DNA from: Dehalococcoidia bacterium
GTDB lineage: Bacteria > Chloroflexota > Dehalococcoidia > Plut-88900
Assembly: GCA_965207225.1 (NCBI GenBank)
Contig: CBDBLV010000005.1
Location: 576,001-640,000 of the forward strand
DNA: 64,000 nt
Direction: 5' to 3'
The translations under genes and the position numbers were made by a program. Positions 47,462 through 58,029 of this stretch are shown piece by piece. The notes below the pieces were generated by a model. It ran no database searches, was not told where the DNA came from, and worked only from the letters and a program-made list of their open reading frames with translations. Numbering within the stretch: position 1 is the stretch's first letter; every line of letters starts with the position of its first letter.

Positions 47462-48598
47462 ATGTCTGAAATATACACGCCCTCCGTATACTCCAACCTG
47501 GGCGTCAAACGAGTCATCTGTGCCCGCAGCAGCTCCACTGTCCTCGGCGGCTCCATCCTCAGCCCCACCGTCCAGAACGCTATGGAGAAGGCCAACCGTA
47601 TCTACGTGGAAATGCCCGAACTTATCGAAAAGGCGGGCGAGGCCATCGCAGACCTCATTGGCGCCGAGGCCGCCCACCCCACCCCCGGTTGCTTTGCTGC
47701 CGTCTCTCTCGGTGTGTCCGGCGTTATGACTGGCGGCGACCCCGACCTCGTCTCCCGCCTCCCGGACACTTCTGGCCTAAAGAACGAGTTCCTCATCCAG
47801 AAATGCGCCCGATACTCCTACGACCGTAGCGTCACTGTTTCCGGCGCCCGCATGATCGAGGTAGGCGATGATGACCAAACAACGCCCAACCAGCTAGTCC
47901 AGGCCATAGGCCCGAGCGCCGGCGGCATCGTCTACGCAGCCCACCAGGAATGCGAGCCCGGGATCCTCCCCCTCTCCGAGGTAGTATCCATAGCTAAGGA
48001 AGCCGGTATCGCCGTAATCGTCGATGCCGCCTACCAGGTCTATCCCCTCGAGCGCATCACAGAGCTTGTCAGCAGCGGCGCCGACATCGTCTGCTTCAGT
48101 GCCAAGTACATGGGCGGCCCCAACTCCACGGGTTTCCTATGTGGCAATAAGGAAGCTGTGCGTGCCGCAGCCCTCAACGGCTTCATGGCCTTCGAGACGG
48201 AGAAGAACCGAAACCTGGGCCGGGGCTACAAGATTGACCGACAGGAAGTTGTCGCAGTCGTCGCCGTTCTGCGGGAGTGGCTGAAAATGGACCACGAGGC
48301 CCGGCTCGCCGACCAGGACCGTCGATTCCAGGTCGTCGCGGAGTCCCTCGCCGGCCTTCCCCACCTCGACGTTACCCAGGGTTGGTACGACCGCTACTGC
48401 TCCATGGAAATGAAAATCGCCATCGACGAACAGGCCCTCGGCCGCACCGCCGCCTCCGTCGAACAGGCCCTCAGGGAAGGCGACCCCTGCATCTGGCTCT
48501 GGCTCGAAGGATCATCCCTCAAACTCGGCGTCGACACCCTCCTGGAAGGTGAAGAACACATCCTCGCCCGCCGCCTCCGCGAAGAGCTAACTACCTGA
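47462..48598 (+). CDS. SelA/DgaE-like PLP-dependent enzyme
   Basis: LGVKRVI..TVLGGS, VIVDAA, FSAKYMGGP (PLP lysine) and GRGYKID motifs. Confidence 0.8.
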   Translation: MSEIYTPSVYSNLGVKRVICARSSSTVLGGSILSPTVQNAMEKANRIYVEMPELIEKAGEAIADLIGAEAAHPTPGCFAAVSLGVSGVMTGGDPDLVSRLPDTSGLKNEFLIQKCARYSYDRSVTVSGARMIEVGDDDQTTPNQLVQAIGPSAGGIVYAAHQECEPGILPLSEVVSIAKEAGIAVIVDAAYQVYPLERITELVSSGADIVCFSAKYMGGPNSTGFLCGNKEAVRAAALNGFMAFETEKNRNLGRGYKIDRQEVVAVVAVLREWLKMDHEARLADQDRRFQVVAESLAGLPHLDVTQGWYDRYCSMEMKIAIDEQALGRTAASVEQALREGDPCIWLWLEGSSLKLGVDTLLEGEEHILARRLREELTT

Positions 48599-48739
48599 AG
48601 TACTCGAAAAACTCTTTCAAAGAACTAATTTCATGCCTAGCCCCGTCTAGGATCGCCGAGAACGCCCCTCTCCCTTCCAACCCGACTCCGAAGTCATCCC
48701 AACCCCAAAATCGCACCCTTTTGTGGCCCGATTTTCCCC

Positions 48740-49846
48740 CTACCCCCCGTTCAACGAAAACCCATAAATCCGCGCCGCATTCTCCCCCACTATCTTCCGC
48801 TTGTCGCTCTCCGACAGGTCACCGAACGTCCTCTCGATTACTTCCTGCGAATTCGGGAACGTCCCCTCGTCGTGTGGATAATCGCTTCCCCACAGCAGAA
48901 CGTCGGCCCCTGTCAAAGAGATGTTTAGCAATGCAGGAAGATCATCTCCAAAGGTTAGCCCGCCCTGCCTCTTGAAATACTCGCTGGGTTGCATCTGGAG
49001 CTTGGGACGGATCCACATGTGTTTTTTCTCGGCCTGCTCGTCCAGTGCGTAAAGGAGCCACGCTAGCCACCCTGCCCCACACTCCGCCACCACGAACCGG
49101 ATCCCGGGGTGCCTCTCCAGCACCCCCGAGCAGATCAGGTCCGTTATCGGCTCCTGCACCTGCGACATCCCGCACACCAGCCACTTGATGAATCCGCCCT
49201 GCTCCTCCTCCCCTATCTCATCCGGGAACGGATCATAGTCCACCGCCCGGGCATGTAGGCTCAGCGCCATTCCCGAATCCTCGATAGCCTGCCACAGCGG
49301 CTCGTACTCCGGCTGGTTGTAGGGCAGCCTGCTCACCAGGGCGGGTATGGACGCCACCTTGAACCCCAGGGCGGCCAGCCTCTTGATCTCCTTAATCCCC
49401 CTGTCGATGTCGATCACCGGGACCACCCCGACCGGTGCAAACCTGTCTCCCTGGGGCCGGAAATGCTCGATCACCCAGTTGTTGTATGGCTGTGCCACCG
49501 CCATCTGGTAGTCGGGGTCCGGCGAGCTGTAGATCCAAAGGGTGTAGTCGGGATAGATCACCTCGGCGCTCACCCCGTCCCGCTCGATCTCTGAGATCCG
49601 CCGCTCCAAGTTCCGACCACCCCATTCCTCGTGCCGGAACTCCTTCTCACGGTCCTCTTCCGTCAGACGGGCCTCCGCCAGGTCCAGCCTCCGTCGTTTT
49701 CGCCCCTCCACCACCCGGTACGTGGCCCCGTTTTCCTGGATGATCTTTGGAGTCCTGTGCCGGAACTCCGGCGCCACCAGCTCCGTGTACAGCTCGGGAG
49801 GCTCCGCTACGTGCGAGTCCGCCGATATGATCGTGTAGCCTGCCAT
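48740..49846 (-). CDS. Amidohydrolase family 2 protein
   Basis: ISADSH, LSLH, ECGAGW and WGSDYPHDEG motifs. Confidence 0.92.
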   Translation of the reverse strand: MAGYTIISADSHVAEPPELYTELVAPEFRHRTPKIIQENGATYRVVEGRKRRRLDLAEARLTEEDREKEFRHEEWGGRNLERRISEIERDGVSAEVIYPDYTLWIYSSPDPDYQMAVAQPYNNWVIEHFRPQGDRFAPVGVVPVIDIDRGIKEIKRLAALGFKVASIPALVSRLPYNQPEYEPLWQAIEDSGMALSLHARAVDYDPFPDEIGEEEQGGFIKWLVCGMSQVQEPITDLICSGVLERHPGIRFVVAECGAGWLAWLLYALDEQAEKKHMWIRPKLQMQPSEYFKRQGGLTFGDDLPALLNISLTGADVLLWGSDYPHDEGTFPNSQEVIERTFGDLSESDKRKIVGENAARIYGFSLNGG

Positions 49847-49898
49847 GTTTCGCCTCCCTGCCCCTTATTTGACCTGCGGCCCCGATGCCCGGGCCCCG

Positions 49899-51032
49899 TC
49901 AGCCGTTGCCGTTCACCGGGAATCCATACAGCTTCGCGGCGTTGTCGCAGACTATCTTCGCCTTGTCCTCCTCCTGCACTCCCTCAAACATCCGCTCGAT
50001 TACTTCCTGCGAGTGAGGGAATGTACCCTCGTCGTGCGGGTAGTCGCTTCCCCACATCAACGACTCCACACCCGCAATCTCCCGCGTGATTATCCCCACA
50101 ATATCGTCCGAGAATGTCGAGTATCCCTGCCGTTTGAAGTACTCGCTTGGCAGCATCTCCAGTTGCGGCACTTCCCACATGTGACGCCGGTGATGGTTGT
50201 CGTCCATCTGCACAAGCAGCCAAGGTATCCACCCGATACCCGCCTCCGCCAGCACGAATTTCAGATTGGGGTGCCGGGCGCAGGCTCCCCCCGCTATCAG
50301 CTGCACCATCGGGTACATCGCCTCCGTCATCCCCAGCACCTGTCCCAGTTGGTCCGATCCCGGAGAAGTCATCCTGGGCTCCCTTGAAGGAGGCTTCCCG
50401 CTTGGGCCCCCGCTGAACACGTGGAACGCTACAGGCACGCCCAGCTCCGCTGCATTCGCCCAGAACTGCTCGTATTCGGGCATATTGTATGGGACTAGGG
50501 GCATCGACACCGGCAGCGAGAATGACCGGTACCCCAGTCCCGCCGCCCGTTTCGCCTCGTCTATCCCGTCCTGGATGTCTATCACCGGTATCTGTGCCGA
50601 TACCACGAACTTGTCCGGGTGCCCCCCGAAGATCTCGTGGTGCCAGTCGTTGTACAGCTGAGCCAGCGCCAGTTGGTATCCCGGGTCCGGCGACGCAAAT
50701 ATCTTGAACACCGCCTGCGGATACACCACCTCTGCCACGACTCCATCCTCTTTCTGGTCCGCAAGCCTCGTCGGGATGTGTGTCCCGCCTTCCCGGTGCT
50801 GCACCCGACCCAGCGCTTCCCCGTCCCGCCAGTACCGACGCATGTCATCCTCGTTGAGAGGGTGGGGAGCCTCCATTGCCGAGGGACTCTGCCCGTCGTA
50901 CATCAGGTATCTCTTCCCGTTGATCACCTCTTCGTGAGGCGCCCGGGCCCTGTATTCCGCCGGAAGCCGGTCATATATCTCCTCCGGCTCGTTTGAATGT
51001 GAGTCCGCCGAGATTATTGCCAACTCAGACAT
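49899..51032 (-). CDS. Amidohydrolase family 2 protein
   Basis: ISADSH, VAFH, EAGIGW and WGSDYPHDEG motifs. Confidence 0.92.
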   Translation of the reverse strand: MSELAIISADSHSNEPEEIYDRLPAEYRARAPHEEVINGKRYLMYDGQSPSAMEAPHPLNEDDMRRYWRDGEALGRVQHREGGTHIPTRLADQKEDGVVAEVVYPQAVFKIFASPDPGYQLALAQLYNDWHHEIFGGHPDKFVVSAQIPVIDIQDGIDEAKRAAGLGYRSFSLPVSMPLVPYNMPEYEQFWANAAELGVPVAFHVFSGGPSGKPPSREPRMTSPGSDQLGQVLGMTEAMYPMVQLIAGGACARHPNLKFVLAEAGIGWIPWLLVQMDDNHHRRHMWEVPQLEMLPSEYFKRQGYSTFSDDIVGIITREIAGVESLMWGSDYPHDEGTFPHSQEVIERMFEGVQEEDKAKIVCDNAAKLYGFPVNGNG

Positions 51033-51047
51033 CTTCGTCTTTACCCC

Positions 51048-52148
51048 CTAGTTTGCTGGGAACCGGTACAGTTCCGCAGCATTCTCGTATACGACCTTCC
51101 GCTTGATATCCTCTGAATACCCTTCGAAGATCCGGTCTACGACCTCCTTGGAATGGGGGAACGTGCCCTCGTCGTGCGGGTAGTCGCTGCCCCAAAGCAA
51201 AGCCCTCTCCCCGATGTAGCCCAGTGTCGTGAGGGCAACCGGGTCATCCCCGAAGGTTGCATGGCCCTGGCGCTTGAAGTAGTCGCTCAGATTTAGTTCC
51301 AGCTTCTCTTCCAGCCACATGTGCTTTCTCTGGTACTGCTCGTCTAGAGCGTAGAGTACCCATGCCAGCCACCCCGCCCCGCACTCCACCACCACGAAGT
51401 CCATCCCTGGATGCCGCATCGGCACGCCCGACGCCAGCAGGTGGGAGACGGGCTCGATGCCCTCAGCCATGCTGATAATCATGTAAGGAAGGAAGTCATT
51501 GTCCGTCTCCTCCTCTCCCACGTTCTCTGGGAGGTGGTCTTCGGTGCCGGTGTTGAAGTGAAGGCTGAATACGATGCCCGTGTCTTCGAGGGCGCTCCAG
51601 AGGGGCTCGTAGACTTTTCTGCTGTAGGGCTGGTTCTTGATGCCGATGGGGCTGCTGACGAGCTTGAAGCCCATCTTGGAGAGCCTGTAGACCTCTTCCA
51701 CCGCAGCGGGCACATCCAGGGTGGGCAGTATCGCTGCCGGGGCCAGTCTGTCGGGCCTGCTCCCGAAAAGCTCGTGTATCCAATCGTTATAGGTGCGGGC
51801 CACGGTCATCTGGAATTCAATGTCTGGAGACCCAAGGTACGTCAGCAAGTCGTTGCAGTAGATGATCTCCCCCACCACCCCGTCCTTGTCCTGGTCCTCC
51901 AGCCTTCGTTTGATGTCCCGACCCTGCGTTGGGTCCTCCCGCCACTCCCGGCTCAGGTCGTCCTCTTCCACCCTGCCCTCTGCGATGTCGTACCTTCTTG
52001 GCTTCCGTCCCTCCACTATCTGGTATTCGCCGCCGTTGATAATCTCCGTGTGGGGAAGCCGCAAGCGGAAATGCTCCGGCACCCTCATCTTGAATTCGTC
52101 GCTCTCCTGCACGTGGGAGTCGGAGGATATGAAACGCAGTTCAGCCAT
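51048..52148 (-). CDS. Amidohydrolase family 2 protein
   Basis: ISSDSH, FSLH and WGSDYPHDEG motifs. Confidence 0.92.
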   Translation of the reverse strand: MAELRFISSDSHVQESDEFKMRVPEHFRLRLPHTEIINGGEYQIVEGRKPRRYDIAEGRVEEDDLSREWREDPTQGRDIKRRLEDQDKDGVVGEIIYCNDLLTYLGSPDIEFQMTVARTYNDWIHELFGSRPDRLAPAAILPTLDVPAAVEEVYRLSKMGFKLVSSPIGIKNQPYSRKVYEPLWSALEDTGIVFSLHFNTGTEDHLPENVGEEETDNDFLPYMIISMAEGIEPVSHLLASGVPMRHPGMDFVVVECGAGWLAWVLYALDEQYQRKHMWLEEKLELNLSDYFKRQGHATFGDDPVALTTLGYIGERALLWGSDYPHDEGTFPHSKEVVDRIFEGYSEDIKRKVVYENAAELYRFPAN

Positions 52149-52163
52149 CGTAGTATCCTCTCT

Positions 52164-53264
52164 TCAGCTCGCTGAGAACCCGTATAGGTCGGCGGCATTC
52201 TCGTATACGACCTTCCGCTTGATATCCTCTGAATATCCCTCAAAGATGCGGTCTATGACCTGCTTCGAATGGGGGAACGTGCCCTCGTCGTGCGGGTAGT
52301 CGCTGCCCCAAAGCAAAGCCCTCTCCCCGATGTAGCCCAGTGTCGTGAGGGCAACCGGGTCATCCCCGAAGGTTGCATGGCCCTGGCGCTTGAAGTAGTC
52401 GCTCAGATTTAGTTCCAGCTTCTCTTCCAGCCACATGTGCTTTCTCTGGTACTGCTCGTCTAGAGCGTAGAGTACCCATGCCAGCCACCCCGCCCCGCAC
52501 TCCACCACCACGAAGTCCATCCCTGGATGCCGCATCGGCACGCCCGACGCCAGCAGGTGGGAGACGGGCTCGATGCCCTCAGCCATGCTGATAATCATGT
52601 AAGGAAGGAAGTCATTGTCCGTCTCCTCCTCTCCCACGTTCTCTGGGAGGTGGTCTTCGGTGCCGGTGTTGAAGTGAAGGCTGAATACGATGCCCGTGTC
52701 TTCGAGGGCGCTCCAGAGGGGCTCGTAGACTTTTCTGCTGTAGGGCTGGTTCTTGATGCCGATGGGGCTGCTGACGAGCTTGAAGCCCATCTTGGAGAGC
52801 CTGTAGACCTCTTCGACTGCTGCTGGGACATCCAGTGTCGGCAGGATGGCGGCTGGTGCGAATCTGTCGGGGTGTTCGCCGAACAGCTCATGGACCCAGT
52901 CGTTGTAAATCTGGGCCACGGTCATCTGGAACTCTGTGTCTGGAGACCCGAGATACGTCAACAGCGCATTGCAATAGATGACCTCGCCCACCACGCTGTC
53001 CCGGCCCTGGTCTGACAACCGGCGCTCGATGTTCCGTCCCCCGTCCGGGTCCTCCCGGAAATTGCGGTTGAGATCGTCCTCGGAGATGCGGGCCTCCGCA
53101 ACGTCAAACCGCCGAGGCTTTCGCCCCTCCACTATCTCGTACTCGCCGCCGTTGATAGTCTCCATGTGGGGAAGCCGCAAACGGAAGTTCTCCGGCACCC
53201 TCATCTTGAATTCGTCGCTCTCCTGCACGTGGGAGTCGGCGGAGATGAAACGTAAATCAGCCAT
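52164..53264 (-). CDS. Amidohydrolase family 2 protein (close paralog of the adjacent gene)
   Basis: ISADSH motif; 52267-52814 matches 51151-51698; AGGAGG RBS before MADLRF. Confidence 0.92.
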   Translation of the reverse strand: MADLRFISADSHVQESDEFKMRVPENFRLRLPHMETINGGEYEIVEGRKPRRFDVAEARISEDDLNRNFREDPDGGRNIERRLSDQGRDSVVGEVIYCNALLTYLGSPDTEFQMTVAQIYNDWVHELFGEHPDRFAPAAILPTLDVPAAVEEVYRLSKMGFKLVSSPIGIKNQPYSRKVYEPLWSALEDTGIVFSLHFNTGTEDHLPENVGEEETDNDFLPYMIISMAEGIEPVSHLLASGVPMRHPGMDFVVVECGAGWLAWVLYALDEQYQRKHMWLEEKLELNLSDYFKRQGHATFGDDPVALTTLGYIGERALLWGSDYPHDEGTFPHSKQVIDRIFEGYSEDIKRKVVYENAADLYGFSAS

Positions 53265-53436
53265 TCTTACCTCCTGGCCTGGTGAGGCGCACACGCCTCA
53301 AAGACAACTCCCAATAAGACTGGGATTCCCGAGTGATTGAGGTGATTGTACTACCGGCGTAGGCAGTGTCAATTAGGCTATCGTGGAAAACAACCCGACA
53401 CCCGCTCCCGACACTGTATCGGAGTTCGGAGTCCTA

Positions 53437-53937
53437 TCACACCAGCCTCGGCCGCACCGCTTGCGACGCCTCGTACCCCTCGTCCCTCGGCAGCCCCTGA
53501 CCCTTTGCCGCCTGCACAGCCAGTTGGTCGCACCGCTCATTCTCACGATTGCCCGCATGCCCCCGCACCCACCGGAACTCCACCTCATGCTCTTCTAGAA
53601 GCTTAAGGAGCTGTGCCCACAAGTCCGGGTTTACTGCCTGCTCTTTCTTATTGCGCATCCAGTCGTTTGCCCGCCACTTCTTCGCCCAGCCTTTCGAGAC
53701 CGCATCGACAACGTATCGCGAATCGGTGTGCAGGACTACACGGCTCGGTTGGTTGAGAGCCCGCAGGGCCTTGATCGGCCCCATCAGTTCCATCCGATTG
53801 TTTGTCGTCAGCCGGTACCCGCCGCTGAGTTCCCCACGTTGGTTCCCCGACTGAAGAACTATCCCATATCCCCCCGGCCCCGGGTTCCCGAGGCACGCCC
53901 CATCAGTGTGGATAGTAATTCGCGGCTTTGAAGTCAT
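53437..53937 (-). CDS. rnhA: Ribonuclease HI
   Basis: TDGACLGNPGPGG, TTNNRMEL, TDSRY and WVRGHAG..ENERCD motifs. Confidence 0.97.
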   Translation of the reverse strand: MTSKPRITIHTDGACLGNPGPGGYGIVLQSGNQRGELSGGYRLTTNNRMELMGPIKALRALNQPSRVVLHTDSRYVVDAVSKGWAKKWRANDWMRNKKEQAVNPDLWAQLLKLLEEHEVEFRWVRGHAGNRENERCDQLAVQAAKGQGLPRDEGYEASQAVRPRLV

Positions 53938-53946
53938 TCCTAGGCC

Positions 53947-54696
53947 CTAGGGCCACGTCTTCCCGAAGTCATTCCTCAGCAGCACCTTGCCCGTGAACGA
54001 CACATCCTGCTGCGCCAACCACACCGTAGCCGGGACTACAACCTCTGCAGGCTCTATCACCAACCCCCGAGGGTTCGCTCCCGCATCCCAGTTCCTCGTC
54101 ATGTACGAAGTTACCAGCCCCGGGCTCATCGCATTCACTGCAATGCTATACGGTCTCAGGTCCTCGGCCATATTCAGCGTGAACCGGTCTAGAGCGGCCT
54201 TCGACGCCCCGTAAGCGATGTGGTTTTCGTCGGTCCAGTTCGCCTGCCTTGATGTCACGTTGATAACGTTCCCCCGACGCCTCTTCATCATCCCGGGCAC
54301 GATGTATTTGCACGTCAGGAACGGCCCTCGCATGTTCACCGCCATCACCCGGTCGAATTCCTCCACCGACATATCCGTTATCGACCCCCGTATGGACAGT
54401 CCCGCATTGTTGATTAGCACGTCCACTGGCCCCGCCTCCGATTCCACCCGCTCCACCATTGCCCTCACCTCTCCTTCATCCGTCACATCACACCCAATCG
54501 CTATCGCCCTCCCCCCCGACTCCCTTATCCTCTCCACCGTCTCCTCCAGCGACCCCGCTCCCTCACCGGTCCCCGGCATCAGTGTGCGTGCGACCGCAGC
54601 AACAAAAGCTCCTTCCTCTGCAAACCCGTACGCTATCGCCTCCCCCACCCCGCGGCTCGCGCCCGTAATCAGTACAACCTTGTCTTGGAGAGTCAT
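53947..54696 (-). CDS. SDR family oxidoreductase
   Basis: TGASRGVG, NNAG and YGASK motifs. Confidence 0.92.
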   Translation of the reverse strand: MTLQDKVVLITGASRGVGEAIAYGFAEEGAFVAAVARTLMPGTGEGAGSLEETVERIRESGGRAIAIGCDVTDEGEVRAMVERVESEAGPVDVLINNAGLSIRGSITDMSVEEFDRVMAVNMRGPFLTCKYIVPGMMKRRRGNVINVTSRQANWTDENHIAYGASKAALDRFTLNMAEDLRPYSIAVNAMSPGLVTSYMTRNWDAGANPRGLVIEPAEVVVPATVWLAQQDVSFTGKVLLRNDFGKTWP

Positions 54697-54756
54697 CTGG
54701 TGGGTTCCGGATGTCGGGCAATGCGACCGGACAAATCCAGGTCACCTGTCTTGGTT

Positions 54757-55092
54757 CTACGCAAGCAGCTGGCTCGAGGCCCCTTCGCTTTCCAACCGCA
54801 TCTCACCGGCGTCTGCGCATATGTGGACGGTGGGCGGCGAGACCATCATGGGACTCAACATGTCTTCGAATAGTATCCGATCGCTATGCCCTTCCCACTG
54901 CTTCCAGTCCTGGATGCTGCGCCATGTGCTCACAACTATCATCGTCGAGTTGTCGCCTACGTCAACCAGAGTCTCCCCCGAGATGTACCCCGTCTGCCTC
55001 GTCGCCATCGCCCTCATCTCAACGAGGATGTTCAGCGCCTGGGCTTCTCTCCCCGGAAGCACGTGCCGCTCTATGACAATCTTGGCTTGCAT
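54757..55092 (-). CDS. Antibiotic biosynthesis monooxygenase (ABM) family protein
   Basis: GYISGETL..VVSTWRSIQDWKQW pattern. Confidence 0.8.
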   Translation of the reverse strand: MQAKIVIERHVLPGREAQALNILVEMRAMATRQTGYISGETLVDVGDNSTMIVVSTWRSIQDWKQWEGHSDRILFEDMLSPMMVSPPTVHICADAGEMRLESEGASSQLLA

Positions 55093-55275
55093 TGCAAATC
55101 TCGGCCGACTACCGCCATCCACCGGCGCTCTTGCAGTTCTTGCAATCCCCTGTCTCCGTAGAACTTACTCGCCATAGTGTCCCCTGTCAATTCCGGCAAG
55201 CTCTGCTGTGATTGCATCGGCCCCCCAACGTGCTACCCTTTCTTGGTCCTTTATCTGCCCAAGGGGTTAACAGAC

Positions 55276-56289
55276 ATGAAAATTACTGCTCCCGTAGACA
55301 CAAAGCAGCTCTCCGAAGTTCCCCAAAAGGCCGCACGCGCCGACGCCCTAGGCTTCGACACCATCGCCCTCCCTGAGCTCACCCTCGACCCCTTTCTAGC
55401 GTCCACCCTTGCCGCCGAGCACTCCACGCGGCCGGGCATCCAGACCTCTATCGCGGTGGCCTTTCCCCGTAGCCCCATGATCACCGCCTATATGTCCTGG
55501 AACCTGCAGGCTCTGTCCGGCGGCAGGTTCGAACTCGGTCTCGGCACCCAGGTCAAAGGCCACAACGAACGCCGTTTCAGCACCCCCTGGGTCTCCCCCG
55601 GCCCCCGACTCAGAGAATACATCCAGTCACTCAGGGCAATCTGGGACACCTGGCAGAACGACGCCCCTCTGGACTTCCGCGGCAAGTTCTACAACTTCAC
55701 CCTGATGATCCCCGTCTTCGACCCCGGCCCTATCTCCCACCCCTCAATCCCCATCTCCATCTCCGCAGTCAACACCTACATGCTGCGTCTCGGCGGGGAA
55801 CTGACCGACGGCGTCCAGCTCCACAGCTTCTGCACCGACAAGTACGTCTCTGACGTAGTCCTCCCAACCATCGAGGATGGGGCCAAACGCGCAGGCAGGT
55901 CTCTAGAGGATGTCGAAATATCGGGCGGAGGCTTCATCATTTCCCACTCCCCCGGAGAAAATATCGATTCCCGCATCGAGTCCCTCCGCCAGCGCATCGC
56001 CTTCTACGCCTCTACCCGGACCTACAAACCCGTTATGGACGTCCACGGCTGGGGAGACGTAACCCTTGAGCTTCACTCTCTGTCCCTCCAGGGTCGCTGG
56101 AAAGACATGCCCAACCTCATCACCGACAACATGATCGACGCCTTCGCCGTCATCGGCCCCCACGACATCCTGCCCGGCCTCATTCAGAAACGCTTCGGCG
56201 GCTGGGCCTCCAGTATCTCCCTCGGCCTCCCTGATGCCCCTGAACACGAGCTGAAGAGTCTAATAGAGGCGATAAAACTCATCCCTTAA
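55276..56289 (+). CDS. LLM-class, probably F420-dependent, oxidoreductase
   Basis: DPF, TSIAVAFPRSP, GRFELGLGTQVKGHNERRF and IAFYASTRTY motifs. Confidence 0.9.
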   Translation: MKITAPVDTKQLSEVPQKAARADALGFDTIALPELTLDPFLASTLAAEHSTRPGIQTSIAVAFPRSPMITAYMSWNLQALSGGRFELGLGTQVKGHNERRFSTPWVSPGPRLREYIQSLRAIWDTWQNDAPLDFRGKFYNFTLMIPVFDPGPISHPSIPISISAVNTYMLRLGGELTDGVQLHSFCTDKYVSDVVLPTIEDGAKRAGRSLEDVEISGGGFIISHSPGENIDSRIESLRQRIAFYASTRTYKPVMDVHGWGDVTLELHSLSLQGRWKDMPNLITDNMIDAFAVIGPHDILPGLIQKRFGGWASSISLGLPDAPEHELKSLIEAIKLIP

Positions 56290-56298
56290 CCCCAGGCT

Positions 56299-56739
56299 TC
56301 ACGAGAATATCTCCAGCAGCCGCTTCCTCCGGTACCCGAATATCTTCCTCAACTCCCTCGCCACGAACAGCTTCTGTACTGGCCACCCGTACGGTACCCG
56401 GTAGTCGACGTGGTCCGTAATCAGCGTCCCCTCATCCGTCTCCCTGAAAGTGTGCCGGTGCAGCCAGTACCTGTACGGTCCACTCACCTGGAAATCGCAG
56501 AACTCGAATGGCGGGTCCCAAACCGATATCTCGCTCTTCCAGTTGAAAGGCACCCTGTAGAGACTGATCCGGTAATCTATAATGGTCCCTAGCCCAATCT
56601 CTATCGGCGTCGGTGTCACTATCGAAAACCTCACCCACGGTGGCGTCATCAGGTTCAGGTTTTCCGCGGAAGCAAAGAACTCGAACACCGGCTCCCGAGG
56701 ATGGTTTAGCAACAGCTCTTCGTGCAATTGGTAGATCAT
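56299..56739 (-). CDS. SRPBCC family protein
   Basis: VFEFFA.AENL..MTPPW, DFQVSGPY..W.HRH and IFGYR motifs. Confidence 0.85.
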   Translation of the reverse strand: MIYQLHEELLLNHPREPVFEFFASAENLNLMTPPWVRFSIVTPTPIEIGLGTIIDYRISLYRVPFNWKSEISVWDPPFEFCDFQVSGPYRYWLHRHTFRETDEGTLITDHVDYRVPYGWPVQKLFVARELRKIFGYRRKRLLEIFS

Positions 56740-56873
56740 TGGGTTTGCACACTGGAGACGGCCGTAAAACTCTACGCCAACTGCTATATTACATGGGCAG
56801 TCTATCGAACGAATAGGCCCCGAATCCCCTCCCCGTCCCCTTCGGGCCTCCAGCAGCGTATTGAGGTGAATAA

Positions 56874-58016
56874 ATGAAAATCCTCGACAGCGACATGCAC
56901 GTACATGAACCCTGGGACATCTGGCTCAACTACATCTCCCCCGAGTTCCGGGACCGCGCCCCCGTCGGCGCTTCCAAAGACCCCATGGACATGAACACCC
57001 TCATCGATGGCAAACCCATCGGCTTTGCCCAGGATACCGGCGTCAGGGACAACCGTGAAGAGGAAATCCACCGCGAGGTCGAAAAACGCCAGGCCGAGCG
57101 CCTCCCCGAGGGTATCGCCGCCCGCTTCGACGCCAAGTCTCAGGTGCACGCCATGGACGTCGAGGGCCTAACCGCCGCCGTCCTCCTCCCGACTCGCGGC
57201 CTCGCCGTCGGCGCCGTCGATTTCAACGACCGCGCCTATGCCTCCGCCGTCTCCCGAGGCTACAACGACTGGCTCTATGATTTCTGCTCCCAGGGTCCCG
57301 GCAGACTCTACGGCGCAGCCATGATTACCCTCGAAGACGTGGATGATGCCATAGCGGAGATCAAGCGTGCCCGCACCGACCTCGACTTCAAGGGTGTCTT
57401 CGCCCGACCCAACCCTATTCGCGACCGTAACTGGCACGACGCTGTTTACGATCCCCTCTGGGAAGTCTGCCAGGACCTCGACCTTCCCATGATCTTCCAC
57501 GAAGGTTTTCGCAGTAACCTGCCCCAGGCCATGGCCGAACGCTTCCTGCGCGAACAGGACAAGGTATGGACCATGGCCCACGTCGCCTGCCACCCCATTG
57601 AGCAGATGTACGCTTGCCTGTGCCTATGCGTCGGTGGCGTCTTCGAACGATTTCCCAGGCTCAGGGTCGGCTTCCTGGAAGGCAACTCCAGTTGGATACC
57701 TTTCTGGCTCTGGCGCATGGACGAACACTACGAACTCCGTCGGGACTGGACCACCAACTACATATCCATGGCCCCCAGCCAGTACTTCAAACGGCAGGGC
57801 TACGTCTCCATAGACGCCGACGAAGAGCCCGCCAAGTACGCCGTTGACTGGGCCGGCGACGAAAACTTCGTCTTCTCCACCGACTACCCCCACACAGACT
57901 CCAAGTACCCCCACGCCGTCGAGGAGTTCCTCAAGCTCCCCATCCCCGACGACTCCAAGCGCAAAATCCTCTGGGACAACTGCGCCAAACTCTATGCCAT
58001 GTCCAACGGCGCCTAG
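56874..58016 (+). CDS. Amidohydrolase family 2 protein
   Basis: DSDMHVHEP, IFHEG, FLEG and FSTDYPH motifs. Confidence 0.92.
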   Translation: MKILDSDMHVHEPWDIWLNYISPEFRDRAPVGASKDPMDMNTLIDGKPIGFAQDTGVRDNREEEIHREVEKRQAERLPEGIAARFDAKSQVHAMDVEGLTAAVLLPTRGLAVGAVDFNDRAYASAVSRGYNDWLYDFCSQGPGRLYGAAMITLEDVDDAIAEIKRARTDLDFKGVFARPNPIRDRNWHDAVYDPLWEVCQDLDLPMIFHEGFRSNLPQAMAERFLREQDKVWTMAHVACHPIEQMYACLCLCVGGVFERFPRLRVGFLEGNSSWIPFWLWRMDEHYELRRDWTTNYISMAPSQYFKRQGYVSIDADEEPAKYAVDWAGDENFVFSTDYPHTDSKYPHAVEEFLKLPIPDDSKRKILWDNCAKLYAMSNGA

Positions 58017-58029
58017 TCCGCCTGTTTGG

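Noticed and set aside
47462-48598. Selenocysteine synthase selA
   Set aside because: No selB, selC or selD nearby, and it is shorter than typical SelA; it fits the SelA-like/DgaE PLP family.
48599-48740. Possible IS-end or MITE remnant
   Set aside because: No partner inverted repeat or target duplication was found.
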